From assembly GCA_963708025.1 (NCBI GenBank), contig CAVPSB010000013.1, forward strand, positions 512,001-576,000: a stretch of 64,000 nt of DNA, read 5' to 3'. A model generated the notes under the pieces. That model had not been told where the DNA came from and searched no databases. It saw only the letters and a list, made by a program, of their open reading frames with translations. Position numbers and translations under genes: made by a program. This DNA comes from an uncultured Candidatus Rokubacteria bacterium (GTDB lineage Bacteria; Methylomirabilota; Methylomirabilia; Rokubacteriales; DASRDR01). Of this stretch, positions 1 through 9,693 are shown piece by piece; the stretch's first letter is position 1; the number at the start of each line of letters is the position of its first letter.

Positions 1-939
1 GTCGCCGGTCCCGCGGCCGCCCGCCCACGCCGCCCACTCCGGGATCGCGCGCGCCCCCTCGACCGGGCCGTACCAGGTCGGGCTCAGCGCGAGCATTGCC
101 CGCAGCACGAGCTCGCCCCGCTCGTGCGCCTCGCGATAGACCTGGAGCACCTCCGGCGCCACCCCGTGGCCCTCGTAGACCGCGGTCACCCCGCGCGCCG
201 CGTAGCGACGCTGCGACACACGGAGTGCGCGGAGCCGGTCGCCAGGCGTGAACCGAGGAGCCGCCCGCATGACGGTGAACTCCAGCACCTGGATCGCGTT
301 CGATTCGACGAACACCCCGGTCGGCTCCCCGGTCGCGTCCCTCAGGATCTCGACGCCACGGGGCGGGACCGTGTCGCGCGTCACGCCGGCTCGCGCGAGG
401 GCGAGGGTGTTGGCGCTCGAGTAGACCGGGGGCTTGTTCCAGTAGCCCCAGATGCCGCGGACGTAGACGGGATGCTCGGGCGCGGCGGCGTCCAGGTCGG
501 CGCGCGTGGGCCAGCGCCGCTCGGCGAGCGCGTGCGGCGCGTCCTGGTAGAAGGGCGGCGAGCCCACCGGCATCGTCACGATCCACTCGCCCCGCGGCGT
601 GCGGGCGGCCCGGCGCCGGATCACCGCCTGGACGTCATTGATCGAGCGGCAATGGGCGAGCGAGGGGGAGAGGGTCTTCAGTCCCTCGCGGTCGAGGTGG
701 GCGTGGGCGTCAACGAGGCCGGGGACGACGGTGGCCCCGTGGAGGTCAACGACGCGCGTCCGCCGCCCGCGCCAGGCCCGCTCGTCGGCGCGCGCGCCCA
801 CGGCCACGATGCGCCCGCCCGCCGCCGCCAGCGCCGTGGTCGACGGCCGGCGGGGGTCGAGCGTGACGATCCGGCCGTCGAGGAGGACGAGATCGGCCGA
901 GATGCCGTCGCCTCGGGCGGAGCGCGTCCGCGGGTCGAG
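1..939 (-). CDS. Amidohydrolase 3 (YtcJ-like) family protein, 5' part; runs off the window, start codon unclear
   Basis: Manual minus-strand translation: ADLVLLDGRIVTLD...GRIVAVG...VVDLHGATVVPGLVDAHAH...DLDAAAPEHPV...GEPTGVFVE...GVTAVYEGHG. Confidence 0.85.
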
Positions 940-1812
940 CTAGCTCATCCCCGGCACGAAGGCGTCCCGCCCGCGCTGATAGGTCGGCTGCCGCTGGGCC
1001 GGATTCCGGTTGACCAGCGGGCGCAGGTAGAGCGGGCTCAGGAGGCTCCGGACCTCGTGCTCGATCGTGAAGAGCGGTCGGTTCGTGTCCGGATCGACGA
1101 TGTCCTGGAACCGGTACTGGTACCAGTTGCTCTCCTCGGTGACGAGCCCGCGCTCGCCGAGCCACCGGTGCGGCCCCGAGAAGTTCGCGATGTAGATCTG
1201 GAGATGGTGGCCGTCGTAGACGGGCATCGGGTCGGCGGTCTCCCGGAAGACGAGCTCCTGCTGGGGACCGACCGTCACCCGCGCCGCCGTCCCGCCGCCG
1301 TTCCGGACCACCGCCGCCGGCGCGCCGAAAGCGGCCCGGTAGAACCGCGCGACCCCGTCGGCGGCCCCCGGCTCGACCGGGAACTCGACGTAGGGCATGC
1401 CGAGCGTCATGGTCCCGAAGGCGGGACCCGGCGCGTAGCAGCGGATCACGTTGCCCCAGGGCGAGACCACGCGGACGTGCTTGTCCTCCACCGCGTACTC
1501 GAACTTCGTCCCCGCCAGCCGGGGCTTGACGGCTTCCAGTCGCCCGGGCAGCTCGTCGTGATCGGGGATGACGAGGCCCACGTGGCCGCGGAGCACCTGG
1601 GGCCGGCCGGTGGGCAGGTGGAACTGCTGCTGCCCGATGTTGACCCACATGTTCTCGAGGCCGGGCATCAGGTACGGGTCACGGGTCAGTCCGAGGCCCA
1701 CCACGTAGAAGAGGGTGGCGACCTGCTGGTCGGGAACCATCACGTTGACGTGTTCCAGCGCCACGATGTTGCCGACGTCCTGGGTGCTCCGGTCGTGCGT
1801 CTCGCCCGCCAT
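940..1812 (-). CDS. VOC/glyoxalase-like two-domain protein
   Basis: ORF 940..1878; ATG at 1812 preceded by AAGGAGG; LEHVNV..FYVVGLGL, QFHLP, GHHLQIY motifs. Confidence 0.7.
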   Translation of the reverse strand: MAGETHDRSTQDVGNIVALEHVNVMVPDQQVATLFYVVGLGLTRDPYLMPGLENMWVNIGQQQFHLPTGRPQVLRGHVGLVIPDHDELPGRLEAVKPRLAGTKFEYAVEDKHVRVVSPWGNVIRCYAPGPAFGTMTLGMPYVEFPVEPGAADGVARFYRAAFGAPAAVVRNGGGTAARVTVGPQQELVFRETADPMPVYDGHHLQIYIANFSGPHRWLGERGLVTEESNWYQYRFQDIVDPDTNRPLFTIEHEVRSLLSPLYLRPLVNRNPAQRQPTYQRGRDAFVPGMS

Positions 1813-1884
1813 GGCTGGCCTCCTTGGTCGGATTGCCGTTGCGCCGTCCAGCATAGCGCGGTTCCCGGGCCCGGACAACGAACG

Positions 1885-3240
1885 CTACCCGGGGGAGGGC
1901 CACACGGGCCGGGCCGCGAGCGGATTGGCCGCGGGGTGCAGGACGTCGGTCGCCCAGCCGAGGTCGAGCCGCTCGCCGAGCCAGCTCGGACACCCCGTCC
2001 GCGCGTCGATCGCCAGGCCGCGCGCTCGATTCGCCGTGACCAGCGCCCAGATCGGGTCGGCCGGCACTCCCGGCGGCGCCGGCACCTCGGGGATCGGCCG
2101 GCCGTTCGGCGTGCGGAAGTGGAGCGTCCCGTCGGCGTCCCGCTCGACCTGGTAGCCCTCCTCGTGGACGGCCCCGTGGTGACGTCGACACAGAAGGGCA
2201 AGATTGTCCAGCCGCGTCGGGCCGCCGTTGGCCCAGTGGTGGAGATGATGCCCCTGGGCGTGGCGCACCCCGCAGCCCGGGAAGCGGCAGCCGTGGTCCC
2301 GCGCCTGGAGTGCCCGCCGCAGGGCCGGCGGGATTGCTCTGGTCCGCCGCCCGACGTCGAGCACCGAGCCGTCCCCCGCGTGGTGCATCACCACCCGGGT
2401 CGCGTCGCACGCCAGCCGCCGGGACGTCTCCGCGGAAACGCGCACGCCGTCCTCGAGCGCGGACTGCCCGGGCTGCTCGGGGTCGGCCAGCGCCGCGGCG
2501 TCCACGTGGACCACGACCTGGTACCGCTCGCTCCCCGCGCCGGGATCGAGCCCGTGCCCGAGGGCCGTCTCCGCCACCAGCGCGAGGGCGTCCGCCCGCT
2601 GCTGGCCGTGCGTCGGGAGGTCCCCGTCCACCCCCGCCTCGGGCGTGGCCCGCGCCCGCGCGTACAGCGCCTCCCGCGCCGCCTCCAGCGCCCGCACCAG
2701 CACCGCCCCCACCTCCGGCGTGAGCCGCCCCCGCACCACCAGCATCCCGTCCTCGTCCGGGTACACCTGGAGCGACCGCCCCCGGTGGCGCGCCGCCGCC
2801 TCCCGCCCCTCCACCTGCCGGTCCACCCGCCGCCACCCCCGCACGATCCGCTCCACGTGGGCCGCCGTCCCCGCCCGCCCCACCGCCAGGAGCCGCGCCT
2901 CGGTCTCCGGCGTCGCGACCCGCGTGAGGGCGCGCACCTTCGAGTACGACAGCTCCCCGCGCTCCAGGGCCGCCGCGAGCTGGGGCAGCCCCCCCAGTGC
3001 CCGCGCCACCCGCACCCGCTCCCGGGCCGCTCCCAGATCCAGCCCGACCCGCCAACTCAGCCATTCGGCGCAGGAGCGGGCCCCGTTGGCCCAGCCGCCC
3101 TGCGCGTCGAACTCGCGGAGCAGCACCAGCAGCCGGGCGGTGGCGGCGTCGAGGTGCGCGGAGAGCTCGGCGATCTCGTCGCCGAGCTGGTCGAGATCGG
3201 CTGCGGGGGACAAGGGCGCGAGCGTCGTCACAAGCTGCAT
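1885..3240 (-). CDS. DUF222 (13E12-like) protein with C-terminal HNH endonuclease
   Basis: RRALQARDHGCRFPGC..HHLHHWANGGPTRLDNLALLCRRHHGAVH; ATG at 3240 with AGGAGG RBS. Confidence 0.9.
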   Translation of the reverse strand: MQLVTTLAPLSPAADLDQLGDEIAELSAHLDAATARLLVLLREFDAQGGWANGARSCAEWLSWRVGLDLGAARERVRVARALGGLPQLAAALERGELSYSKVRALTRVATPETEARLLAVGRAGTAAHVERIVRGWRRVDRQVEGREAAARHRGRSLQVYPDEDGMLVVRGRLTPEVGAVLVRALEAAREALYARARATPEAGVDGDLPTHGQQRADALALVAETALGHGLDPGAGSERYQVVVHVDAAALADPEQPGQSALEDGVRVSAETSRRLACDATRVVMHHAGDGSVLDVGRRTRAIPPALRRALQARDHGCRFPGCGVRHAQGHHLHHWANGGPTRLDNLALLCRRHHGAVHEEGYQVERDADGTLHFRTPNGRPIPEVPAPPGVPADPIWALVTANRARGLAIDARTGCPSWLGERLDLGWATDVLHPAANPLAARPVWPSPG

Positions 3241-3268
3241 GGCGAGCCTCCTGGCTCGCACTCTATCA

Positions 3269-3281
3269 CCCGAATTTCGGG
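3269..3281. promoter_or_regulatory. Palindrome CCCGAA-T-TTCGGG, candidate operator upstream of DUF222-HNH
   Basis: Perfect 6-1-6 inverted repeat next to a TAGAGT-like -10 on the minus strand. Confidence 0.4.
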
Positions 3282-3492
3282 CCACCTGGTAGGCCATCTG
3301 ACGGCCGCTCGTCAACAGAGGAATGATTTTCGACTCCACACCGGCGCCGCGTGGCACCACGCGGCAGCACGGCCCGCTGGACGGAACTGACGCCGAGGCC
3401 GCGACCGCAGCGCGCGGCCGATCCGAAGTCGTGTCAAGCGGAAAGTGCGGCGTGGACGTGAAGAGTGTGCCCCACCGGCGACCCTGCGGCGA

Positions 3493-4425
3493 CTACGCGC
3501 CGAGGCGGCCGAGCCGCTCCGTCAGCAGCTCGAACAGGCGGTCGGCCTCGACGCGGGTGACGACGTGGCAGTTCGGCGGGTAGCCGGCCAGGTGCCGCTC
3601 CCGCGCGCGGACGATCGTCTGGCCGAGCGTCCGGGGCGACTCGCACTCCACCGCCACGTGGGCGTCGACGCCGCCGAACAGCGCGGGGTCGATCAGGGAC
3701 GCGATGACGCACGGGTCGTGCAGGCGCGGGTCGGCGCCGCCGTAGGCGCGCACCATCCGGGCCGCCGCCCCGGTGACCGGGCTGGCCACGGCCTCCCAGG
3801 TGGCGAGGCGGTCGGCCGTCGCCCGGGCCTGCCGGGTGACGTCGAGACCGAACATCGTGAGCGGCACGCCGGATCCCAGGACCACGTGGGCCGCGTGCGG
3901 ATCCACGAAGACGTTGAACTCGGCCACCGGCGAGACGTTGCCCGGACAGAACGCGGCGCCGCCCATGAAGAGGATCCGGTCCAGTCGCCGGGCCAGGCGC
4001 GGCTCCTTGATCAGGGCCAGCGCGGCGTTGGTCATGGGCCCGACGCAGCAGAGCGTGACGGCCCCGCCCTCCCCCGCCAGCGCCTGCTCGATGATGAAGT
4101 CAACGGCGTGCTGGGGCCGCAGCTCGAACGCAGGCTCGGGGAGGCCCACGTCGCCCAGGCCGTCCTTCCCGTGGACCGATGCCGCCGTCTCCCCGACCCG
4201 CGACATCAGCGGGCGCGCGCACCCGGCCAGCACCGGCACGTCGCGCCGCCCGGCCAGCGTGCAGACGCGGCGGGCGTTCCGGGCGGTCGCCGCCAGCGGC
4301 ACGTTGCCGGCGACGCAGGTGATGCCGAGGAGCTCGATCTCCGCCGGCGAGGCCAGGGCCAGCAGGATGGCGATGGCGTCGTCGACACCCGGATCACAGT
4401 CGAGGATGACGCGGTGTCGCGCCAC
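3493..4425 (-). CDS. Inosine/uridine-preferring nucleoside hydrolase
   Basis: ILDCDPGVDD (DxDxxxDD), GNV, HGKDGLG, AEFNVFVDP, LHDP; GTG at 4425 within ORF 3493..5181. Confidence 0.93.
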   Translation of the reverse strand: MARHRVILDCDPGVDDAIAILLALASPAEIELLGITCVAGNVPLAATARNARRVCTLAGRRDVPVLAGCARPLMSRVGETAASVHGKDGLGDVGLPEPAFELRPQHAVDFIIEQALAGEGGAVTLCCVGPMTNAALALIKEPRLARRLDRILFMGGAAFCPGNVSPVAEFNVFVDPHAAHVVLGSGVPLTMFGLDVTRQARATADRLATWEAVASPVTGAAARMVRAYGGADPRLHDPCVIASLIDPALFGGVDAHVAVECESPRTLGQTIVRARERHLAGYPPNCHVVTRVEADRLFELLTERLGRLGA

Positions 4426-4439
4426 GGAGGGGCCCGGGC

Positions 4440-5519
4440 TCACACGTCCCGGCCGGTGTAGCCGACGAACGGCGGCTCGCCGGGCTCTTGCTTCGACGGC
4501 ATCGAGATGCGGAACTGGCAGGTCGCGTCGCCGCGGGTCTTGATGCCTTCGAACTGCACGATCATGTCGGGGTGGTACCGGCGGTAGTACGTCGGGTGCA
4601 GCTCGTAGTCGTAGATGTAGCCGAGCTGGAGGCCGCGCCGGCCGAACTCGCCCCACACGGCGGCGTAGGGACACCACGTGCAGTCCTGGTGCCAGGATCC
4701 CTCGGTCAGCAGGCCCGGCGCGAATCGCCAGATCGAGATGAGCTGGCCGTCCCAGTGGTCCATCAGCGTCTTGACGTTGAGGTCCCAGCCGGCGGCGAGG
4801 TGGGCCGCCTTCTGGCGGTCGGCGCGCTCGTAAGCCAGGTCCCGGACCTGCTGGCGCAGCGCCGCCTCGCCCAGCATGTCGAAGCGCTTCGTCTCCTCGT
4901 CGGCGCAGAAGTAGTACAGGGCGCCATTGTTCATGGCCGTGCGGCGGGCCAGCTCGACCGAGTCCTCCAGGCGGTCGAAGACGCGCGAGTGCACCGGCGC
5001 CGAGGGACCGTCGGCGCCCGTCTCGACCCGCCACGTCACCGTCCACGGGCGTTCCAGGTCGAGGGCGGCGGCGTCGAAGGCCACCGAGACGCCGAGGCCC
5101 TCGGCCAGGCCGGGCAGGACGCCGCGGTAGTAGAGGCGGGCGATCTCGACTCCCGCTTCGTACTCGCGCCAGCGCTGCCACTCCGGCGCCTCGCGGACGG
5201 TGACCGTCACCGCGCGATCCGTTCCCTCGATGGACCCCGCGCCCGTCTCGGTGAGCAGGTGGAGGTCGGCCATGTCCCAGTGCTCGATGACGGTCCGCGC
5301 GGTGAGGGCGGTGCTGGCCTTCTCGAGCGCCGTCCGGATCAGCCCGGCGCGATACTGCCCGTACCGGTGGAGACCCCGCAGCACCGTCGTCTCGCCCTCG
5401 TCACCGAGCCGCTTCGCGGCGGAATGGGCGAAGTGACGACTGAACATCGCCTGGAAGCGCATCAGGTCCTGGCAGCTCTGGACGACGCCCGCGCGGTCAA
5501 CCTGCTCGTCGAATCCCAT
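4440..5519 (-). CDS. Tandem L-2-amino-thiazoline-4-carboxylate-hydrolase-like (ATC hydrolase family) protein
   Basis: Two similar halves; C-terminal CTWCPYAAVW...G..Y......KTRGDATCQFR pattern. Confidence 0.6.
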   Translation of the reverse strand: MGFDEQVDRAGVVQSCQDLMRFQAMFSRHFAHSAAKRLGDEGETTVLRGLHRYGQYRAGLIRTALEKASTALTARTVIEHWDMADLHLLTETGAGSIEGTDRAVTVTVREAPEWQRWREYEAGVEIARLYYRGVLPGLAEGLGVSVAFDAAALDLERPWTVTWRVETGADGPSAPVHSRVFDRLEDSVELARRTAMNNGALYYFCADEETKRFDMLGEAALRQQVRDLAYERADRQKAAHLAAGWDLNVKTLMDHWDGQLISIWRFAPGLLTEGSWHQDCTWCPYAAVWGEFGRRGLQLGYIYDYELHPTYYRRYHPDMIVQFEGIKTRGDATCQFRISMPSKQEPGEPPFVGYTGRDV

Positions 5520-5573
5520 GACGGTCCCTCCCGAGCCTGGCCCGGCCGGCGCCGGCCCGCCTCGGCTGTCGCG

Positions 5574-7529
5574 CTAGCCGGCGTGGCCGCCGGCGCCGTC
5601 GTGACCGCACGCCGCGTGGCCGGCCGGCCGCGGCACGTCGAGCGCCGGGTTGCGGTCGAAGAAGCCGACCGGCTTGAGCATGAAGCCGATGTAGGTGACC
5701 GGCATCACCGGCCAGTCCTCCGGCCGGACGACGTGGTGGGCGCCGAACGTGTACCAGACCACCACGTCGGTGTTCTCGAGCGGCGCGTCGTCCCGCACGT
5801 AGCTGGGCAGCCCGGCCCCGCCCGGGTGCTGGTTCGGGTAGTCGCCGCCGGCGTACCGCTCGCGCGGGTCGTACCGGGTCACCCAGAGGTGCCGGGTCAT
5901 GAAGGCGGCCCGCCGGGTCACCGGACGCCTCGGGCCCGGCGAAGGGCCGCACGTTCTCGCCCGGCACCAGCTTGTACCCGACCGGCGTCGCCCAGGCGGT
6001 TCCGGACGGACGGGTTGACGATCTTCCAGAAGCGGCCGCGCGAGCGGGTCGACCAGCCGCTGGGCCTCGGACTCGGAGCGGAGCAGGGTGGCCTCGGTGT
6101 GGAAGGCGTTGGCGTGCGGGTTCTCGGGGCCCGGGGCGTCGGCCACCGTGTTCACCTCGTAGACGGAGTTGTGGGGGCCGTCGACCGTCATGTCGAGCCG
6201 CACGTTGAAGAAGTGCTGGTGGATGGGAGCGTACACCCCGGGCGCCACCAGCTCGCCCCAGCGGCGGCGTCTCGCCGGGCCCCACCGCCCCGTTGGAGAC
6301 GATGCCGGTCAGCTTCACCTCGAGCTGGATCGTCCCGTCCAGGTAGAAGTACCAGTAGAAGCCGTACTCGTAGTTGCCCACGGTGGCGATGAACGACACC
6401 ACGAGCCGGCGCGAGCGCCGGACCTCGGTGTACCCCGTCCGCCAGTCGAAGTGCTTCCAGAGGATGCCGTAGTCCTCCTCGTGCACGCAGATGGCGTTGG
6501 CCAGCGTCACCGCCCCGCCCCGGCTGTCGTTGACGACGGCGTCCAGGTACCGGATCTCGCCGAGGCAGTCGCAGCCGTTCTCGAGGGAGTTGGCCAGGTA
6601 CCCGATGCCGTACTCGCCCACGTCGAACGCGTTGCGGTGGAAGTAGGTGGGCCGCGGGTCGCCGTACGGGACCACCATGTCGACGACCGAGGCCCGGTGG
6701 AGGATCGGCCGCTCGCGCTCCTGGTCGCGGTAGCTCACCGTGTGGAGCACCAGGCCCTCGCGCGGCGTGAACCCGAGACGCATGCGCCACCTCTGCCAGG
6801 GCAGCTCGTGGCCCGTCCAGCTCGAAGCTCGGCCCCTCCGGCTGGCGGATCTCGATCGGCTTGAGGCCCGGTGCGGGTCCCGGCGACCTCCGGCGAGTAG
6901 TTGGCGTCCTCGGGCGGCAGCGGGACGACGCCGTAGTCCTCGACCCGCGAGCACCTTCATCTCGTTCAGGTCGACGAGCGCGATCACGTTGGCCACGGGT
7001 CGGGCGTAGCCGTTGTCGGTCGGGCTCCGCTTGATCCAGGTCAGCGTCCGGGAGAGCCGCCGGCCCTCCTCGTCCGCGAGGCCGAAGTTCCCCGCCGACC
7101 ACGGGTCGATCATGGTCAGGTCGAAGTCGGTCACCCCTCGCTTGCGCATGGCCGCCTGCCAGCGCGGATCGGCGCGCACCGCCGCCTCGCACTCGAAGAA
7201 CTCGTCGAGGACGATGGCCGGCTGGACGCCGGGCACGTGCTCCCAGGAGAGCACCCGGTCCCCGGTCAGGGAGACGACCGCCTCGTAGGTCCTGGCCGCC
7301 GCGCTGTCGATGAGCACGACGAAGGCGGCCCGCTCCACCGGCCTCGCCGGGCCGGTGGCGCCCCACGAGCCTCCTTGGGCGGCTCGTGCAGGGTGATGGA
7401 GACGACCCGGATCCGCCCGCTCAACGTCTGCCGGGTGCGGAGGATCTCCCACGCGCGGTTGATCTCGTCGGCGGTGAGGGGCTCCAGCGGATGGGTGGCG
7501 CGCGTGGCCTCGGCCGTGGGGGACGTCAT
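5574..7529 (-). CDS. Copper-containing primary amine oxidase (TPQ); several frameshifts
   Basis: HPLEPLT N-terminus, NAFDVGEYG, GCDCLG, TVGNYEY TPQ consensus, HQHFF, HHVVRPEDWPVMP, spread over ORFs 7266..8093, 5497..7452, 6188..7366 and 5574..6248. Confidence 0.93.
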
Positions 7530-8183
7530 GGCTCGGCTCTCCTTGCTGTCACCGCGACCTCGGGGGCGCGGCCCGGACGCTCGGCCGGTTCGACCCGCGT
7601 CGAGCGGGAAGACGCCCGCCGGAGGAGCTCGCGCCAGAGGGTGGCGGGGTCGGCGCGAAAGATCGTGTCGGCGTCGGGCTCGAGGACGTACCAGTCGTCG
7701 CGGGCGATCTCCGCCTCGAGCTGCCCCGGCGCCCAGCCCGCGTAGCCGGCGTACACCCGCAGCTCGCGGGGGGCGTCGGACCGCCGGAGCAGTCCGTCCA
7801 GGAAGACCCCATCGAGGCTCAGGTAGACGTCCGCCAGCACCCGCAGCGCGGCCTCGGGCCGCTCCCTCGATCGGAACACGGCGACCAGGCGCCGCGGCGA
7901 GACGGGGCCCCCGGCGAACAGCCGGTCCGTCCGGCCCCGGAGCGCCTCGTGCTCCGGAAGGAGCTGGCTCGCCGGCACCCGCGTGGGCCGGTTCAGGATG
8001 ACGCCGACCGACCCCGCCACCGGGGTGTCGGGTGACCAGCACCACCGTCTCCCGGAAGTTCGGGTCGCCGAGCACCGGCTTGGCGACGAGCACGACGCCG
8101 TTGGGCGCGTCCTGCGCGGCGGCGGCGGTCGCCGCAGATCAGCCAGAGCCCGGCGGCGAGGAGTCCCGTCCTTGCTTGACATT
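7526..8183 (-). CDS. YqgE/AlgH (DUF179) family protein with N-terminal signal-like segment; frameshifted
   Basis: LVAKPVLGDPNFRETVVLV / GVILNRP..GGPV..YAGYAGWAPGQLEAEI. Confidence 0.85.
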
Positions 8184-8189
8184 CCGCAG

Positions 8190-8534
8190 CTAGTGTACGC
8201 CAACGCGCGGCGCCGTTCCCTCCGCCGGCGCGAAGAAGACCAGGGCCGTCAGGTCGTCCGTGATGCTGTGGAAGCGGTGCCGGACGCCGGCGGCGACGAA
8301 CAGGATCGAGCCGGCCTCCGCCACCCGGTCCTCGGTCCCGACGCGCAGCATCGCCCGCCCGGCCAGCACGTAGTAGACCTCGTCCTCCGTGTGGGGGCCC
8401 TGGGGGTCCTCCGCCCCCGCCGGCAGCGCGTAGATGCCCATGCTGAGCGCCGGGACCCGCAGGAACTCCAGCCACGACTTCCCCGACTGGCGGCGTTGCT
8501 CGAGCAGCTGGGACAGCGTGAACGTCTCCGGCAC
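8190..8534 (-). CDS. Cupin domain protein
   Basis: PHTEDEVYYVLAG...FVAAGVRHRF; GGAGG-type RBS. Confidence 0.88.
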   Translation of the reverse strand: MPETFTLSQLLEQRRQSGKSWLEFLRVPALSMGIYALPAGAEDPQGPHTEDEVYYVLAGRAMLRVGTEDRVAEAGSILFVAAGVRHRFHSITDDLTALVFFAPAEGTAPRVGVH

Positions 8535-8789
8535 CTTCTCCCTCCTCTCCTCCCGGTGCCTGGTCCGCCCCGGGTCAGGATGAGCTCGTCCGAGGCGCAG
8601 GCCCCGGTCGGCGGGTCCAGCCCTTGGCGAGTGACCCGGTGCCTATCCGGGGGGGATGGTCAGCGCCCGGAGGCCGAAATGGCGGGCGCCAGCCGACATG
8701 TGATGGTCATTGGTGTAATCGCCCTTCGACTCGTGGTGGGGCGTGATGCCAGAGTGTCGTGCCGCCACCGGGACGATTCGCTCCTCTGC

Positions 8790-8870
8790 TCATCGGAGTA
8801 GCTCCGCTTCGGCTTGCTCAGGCCAGAACCGCATGTCCATCTCGCGGTACAGGTGCTCCCGCGCCTGCCG
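8790..8870 (-). pseudogene. Stump of the 3' end of a cyclase-STAND-TPR gene
   Basis: QAREHL-YREMDMRFWPEQAEAEL*, homologous to 9720-9810 and 13085-13180. Confidence 0.75.
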
Positions 8871-9060
8871 AGCCGAGACCGTCAACGCCGGCAGCCGGGA
8901 ATGTGCCGGTGGCCGGAAAAAGCCGGCAACCGGGACACGAGTAGGCCGGCCCGGAGGCCGGGGCGTTGCCGATGTCCTGGGGGCGGTAACCCGCGAGCGC
9001 AGTGGACTTCGGCTGCGGCCTTGCCCTCTCTTCCCCGCCCAGGTTGTCCCCTGTCCGAGC

Positions 9061-9109
9061 TTGACGGGTCGTGGGGCCCAGAGGTAGAGTCTGGTCACAA
9101 TCGTGACCA
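9061..9109 (+). promoter_or_regulatory. Sigma70-like promoter with palindromic operator for the TA operon
   Basis: TTGACG (9061)...TAGAGT followed by TGGTCAC-AATC-GTGACCA (9092-9109). Confidence 0.65.
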
Positions 9110-9128
9110 TTCCTGCCTGGAGGGGCCG

Positions 9129-9392
9129 ATGAAGACGCTGCCGCTCGCCCACGTGAAGGCGAATCTCAGCCGCCTCGTGGACCAGGTCGTGGAAACGGAT
9201 GAGGAGATCGTGATCACCCGCAACGGCCGCCCGGCAGCCATTCTCGTGAGCCCCGACGAGTACGAGGGATGGAAGGAGACGCAGGCGATCCGATCGGACC
9301 GGGAGCTCGTGGCCGAAATCCGGCGTGGCCTGCGGATGCTCAAGCGCGGCGCCAAGATCTACACGCTGGAGGAGCTCCTGCCCGAGGACTGA
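9129..9392 (+). CDS. Phd/YefM family antitoxin
   Basis: MKTLPLAHVKANLSRLVDQV...IVITRNGRPAAILVS. Confidence 0.92.
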   Translation: MKTLPLAHVKANLSRLVDQVVETDEEIVITRNGRPAAILVSPDEYEGWKETQAIRSDRELVAEIRRGLRMLKRGAKIYTLEELLPED

Positions 9393-9411
9393 TGCGGGTG
9401 GCGCGGGCACC

Positions 9412-9693
9412 ATGGAGCCCTACCGCCTCCGGGTGCCAGGACGGATCGAGGAACTTGTCCGGACCCTTCATCCCGAGCTCAAGCGCAAAGTGCGGGCAGG
9501 CCTCGACCTCATTCGCACCGACCCGGAGGTCGGCAAGGAGCTACGCGATGAGCTGGCGGGACTGCGGAGCCTCCGGGTCGGACGGTTCCGAATCGTCTAC
9601 CGGGTCGCGCCGAGACGGCTGATCGATCTCGTCGCCATCGGCCCGCGCCGGACCATCTACCAGGAGACGCTTCGACTACTCCGGCGAGCGTGA
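9412..9693 (+). CDS. RelE/ParE family toxin
   Basis: P..GKEL..ELAGLRSLRVGRFRIVY...IGPRRTIY, directly downstream of the antitoxin. Confidence 0.9.
   Translation: MEPYRLRVPGRIEELVRTLHPELKRKVRAGLDLIRTDPEVGKELRDELAGLRSLRVGRFRIVYRVAPRRLIDLVAIGPRRTIYQETLRLLRRA

Noticed and set aside
124-3390. 1088-aa plus-strand ORF and other long antisense ORFs (e.g. 9690..11786, 44831..47419, 49584..52457)
   Set aside because: Shadow ORFs opposite well-supported genes in high-GC DNA; no family motifs.
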